NCBI GenBank assembly: GCA_951406725.2
Contig: OX597834.1
Coordinates: forward strand, 19,530,001-19,594,000
DNA: 64,000 nucleotides
Direction of reading: 5' to 3'
DNA from: Octopus vulgaris
Taxonomy: Eukaryota
The position numbers and the translations under genes are program-made. The notes below the pieces were generated by a model. The model had not been told where the DNA came from. It saw nothing but the letters and a program-made list of their open reading frames with translations, and made no database searches. Positions 62,421 to 64,000 of the stretch are shown one piece after another (the first letter of the stretch is position 1; every line of letters starts with the position of its first letter).

Positions 62421-62794
62421 TGAGCAGGTTTCTGTCTCAAATAATAATAATAATAATAATAATCAGAAGGAGGAAAACAGCTATAAACAATAAAAAATAA
62501 AGACTGACATAAAATCACACTATATTTAATGAATGGTTATTTTATAAATGGAATAGATGCTCATTTATAAATGGATGCTATATATTTCAGCTGAATATGA
62601 TTATCTGTCTGTCTGTCTATCTACCTCTGTCTCTCCCTACACACACATATATATAGATATACACGTGTGTATATCTATGTATATGTGTGTGTATATATAT
62701 ATATATATATATACATACATACATACATACATACATATGTAAGTATGTATGCTTGTATCTATCTATCTATCTATCTATTTATCTATCTATATAA

Positions 62795-62933
<139 letters not shown>

Positions 62934-63449
62934 TACTTAGGACAGTATTATTGTGTGTGAAAAAAAAAATGGTTAAAAAGTAGTGAAAAAGTCAGAAACA
63001 CAAATTTGGAATAAATTCAATATCTGAAAAATAAATGGAAGGAAACACTTGAAATGTAAGGAGAAAAGAAATATCTTGTCAGCAAATTTATTAAATTTCT
63101 TTTTTTTTTTTTCAATTAAATTTTTTATTTTTTTTTTATTTTTTAATTCTTGAACCATTTTTAAAGAATGTACCAAAACTCAGTGGTGAAAATATAAGTA
63201 TAAGAATGTGGTGAGTATGTGTTTGTGTGTGTGTATAATTGAAGAAGATTCATACATACATGTACATGTGTTTGTGTGTATGTATCTATCACCCAATATA
63301 TTTAAATATATATGCGTGTGTGTGTGTGAGTGTTTGTGTGTGTATATTGACACATGCACATATGTGTGTATATATGAATGTATATATTACAAAGGGTTTA
63401 GTTAAATGTGCATGCTCTTACAAATACATTGTGTTTGTATGCACACAAG

Positions 63450-63481
<32 letters not shown>

Positions 63482-63739
63482 CATACATACAAGCATACAT
63501 ACGTATGTACATAAATGCATGCATTCATATATATATATGTATACATATTGATTTTGATCAATAACTTGCTTTTGGGAATATCAATAGACAATAGTTGTCA
63601 GCAAACATTTTATTGTATTTCATTTTATTTATTTATATATATCTATATATTTATTATTATTATCATTATTATTATTATTATCATTATTATTATTATTATC
63701 ATTATTATTATTATTATTATCATTATTATTATTATTATG

Positions 63740-63771
<32 letters not shown>

Positions 63772-64000
63772 AACTTATTTATCCAAATACTGCTGCACTA
63801 TTTCTCACTGCATTTTAGTCACCAGACACTCTTAGGGTTTTCCTTAAAAAATATATTTTCTCTCTCTCTTGTTTCTATTTTTACCTCCACGTTCACCTTT
63901 TCCACCAGAATTGTTTCATTTCAGTTTCAAAGCTGTTGCTATTGTTGTTGTCGTCGTTGCCGTCGTCCTCGTCATCGTTGCCATTGTTGTTGTTATTGTT

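Overview
Eukaryotic, very AT-rich, repeat-dominated DNA, probably intronic or intergenic. The mix of tRNA-derived SINEs and microsatellites suggests a coleoid cephalopod such as Octopus (inference, not verified). No complete host gene can be read. Almost all ORFs in the supplied track are translations of (TA)n, (CA)n, (TAA)n, (TATC)n or SINE sequence. Supportable content: dozens of copies of at least five SINE or retroposon families; 3' fragments of CR1, RTE (four) and R4/Dong-type LINEs; a mariner transposase 3' end; a non-autonomous Helitron; three Helentron/HINE-like elements; piggyBac-like and other MITEs; several minisatellites; and a few weak candidate exons. The most interesting signal is a set of short elements, most sitting in or beside (TA)n tracts and often with an inverted partial copy (Penelope-like geometry). 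They carry minimal type I hammerhead ribozyme folds from at least four unrelated families. The cores are atypical and include a compensatory G3-C8 swap, and one motif lies downstream of a tRNA-like Pol III head. All alignments were done by eye, so boundaries of degenerate repeats are approximate.
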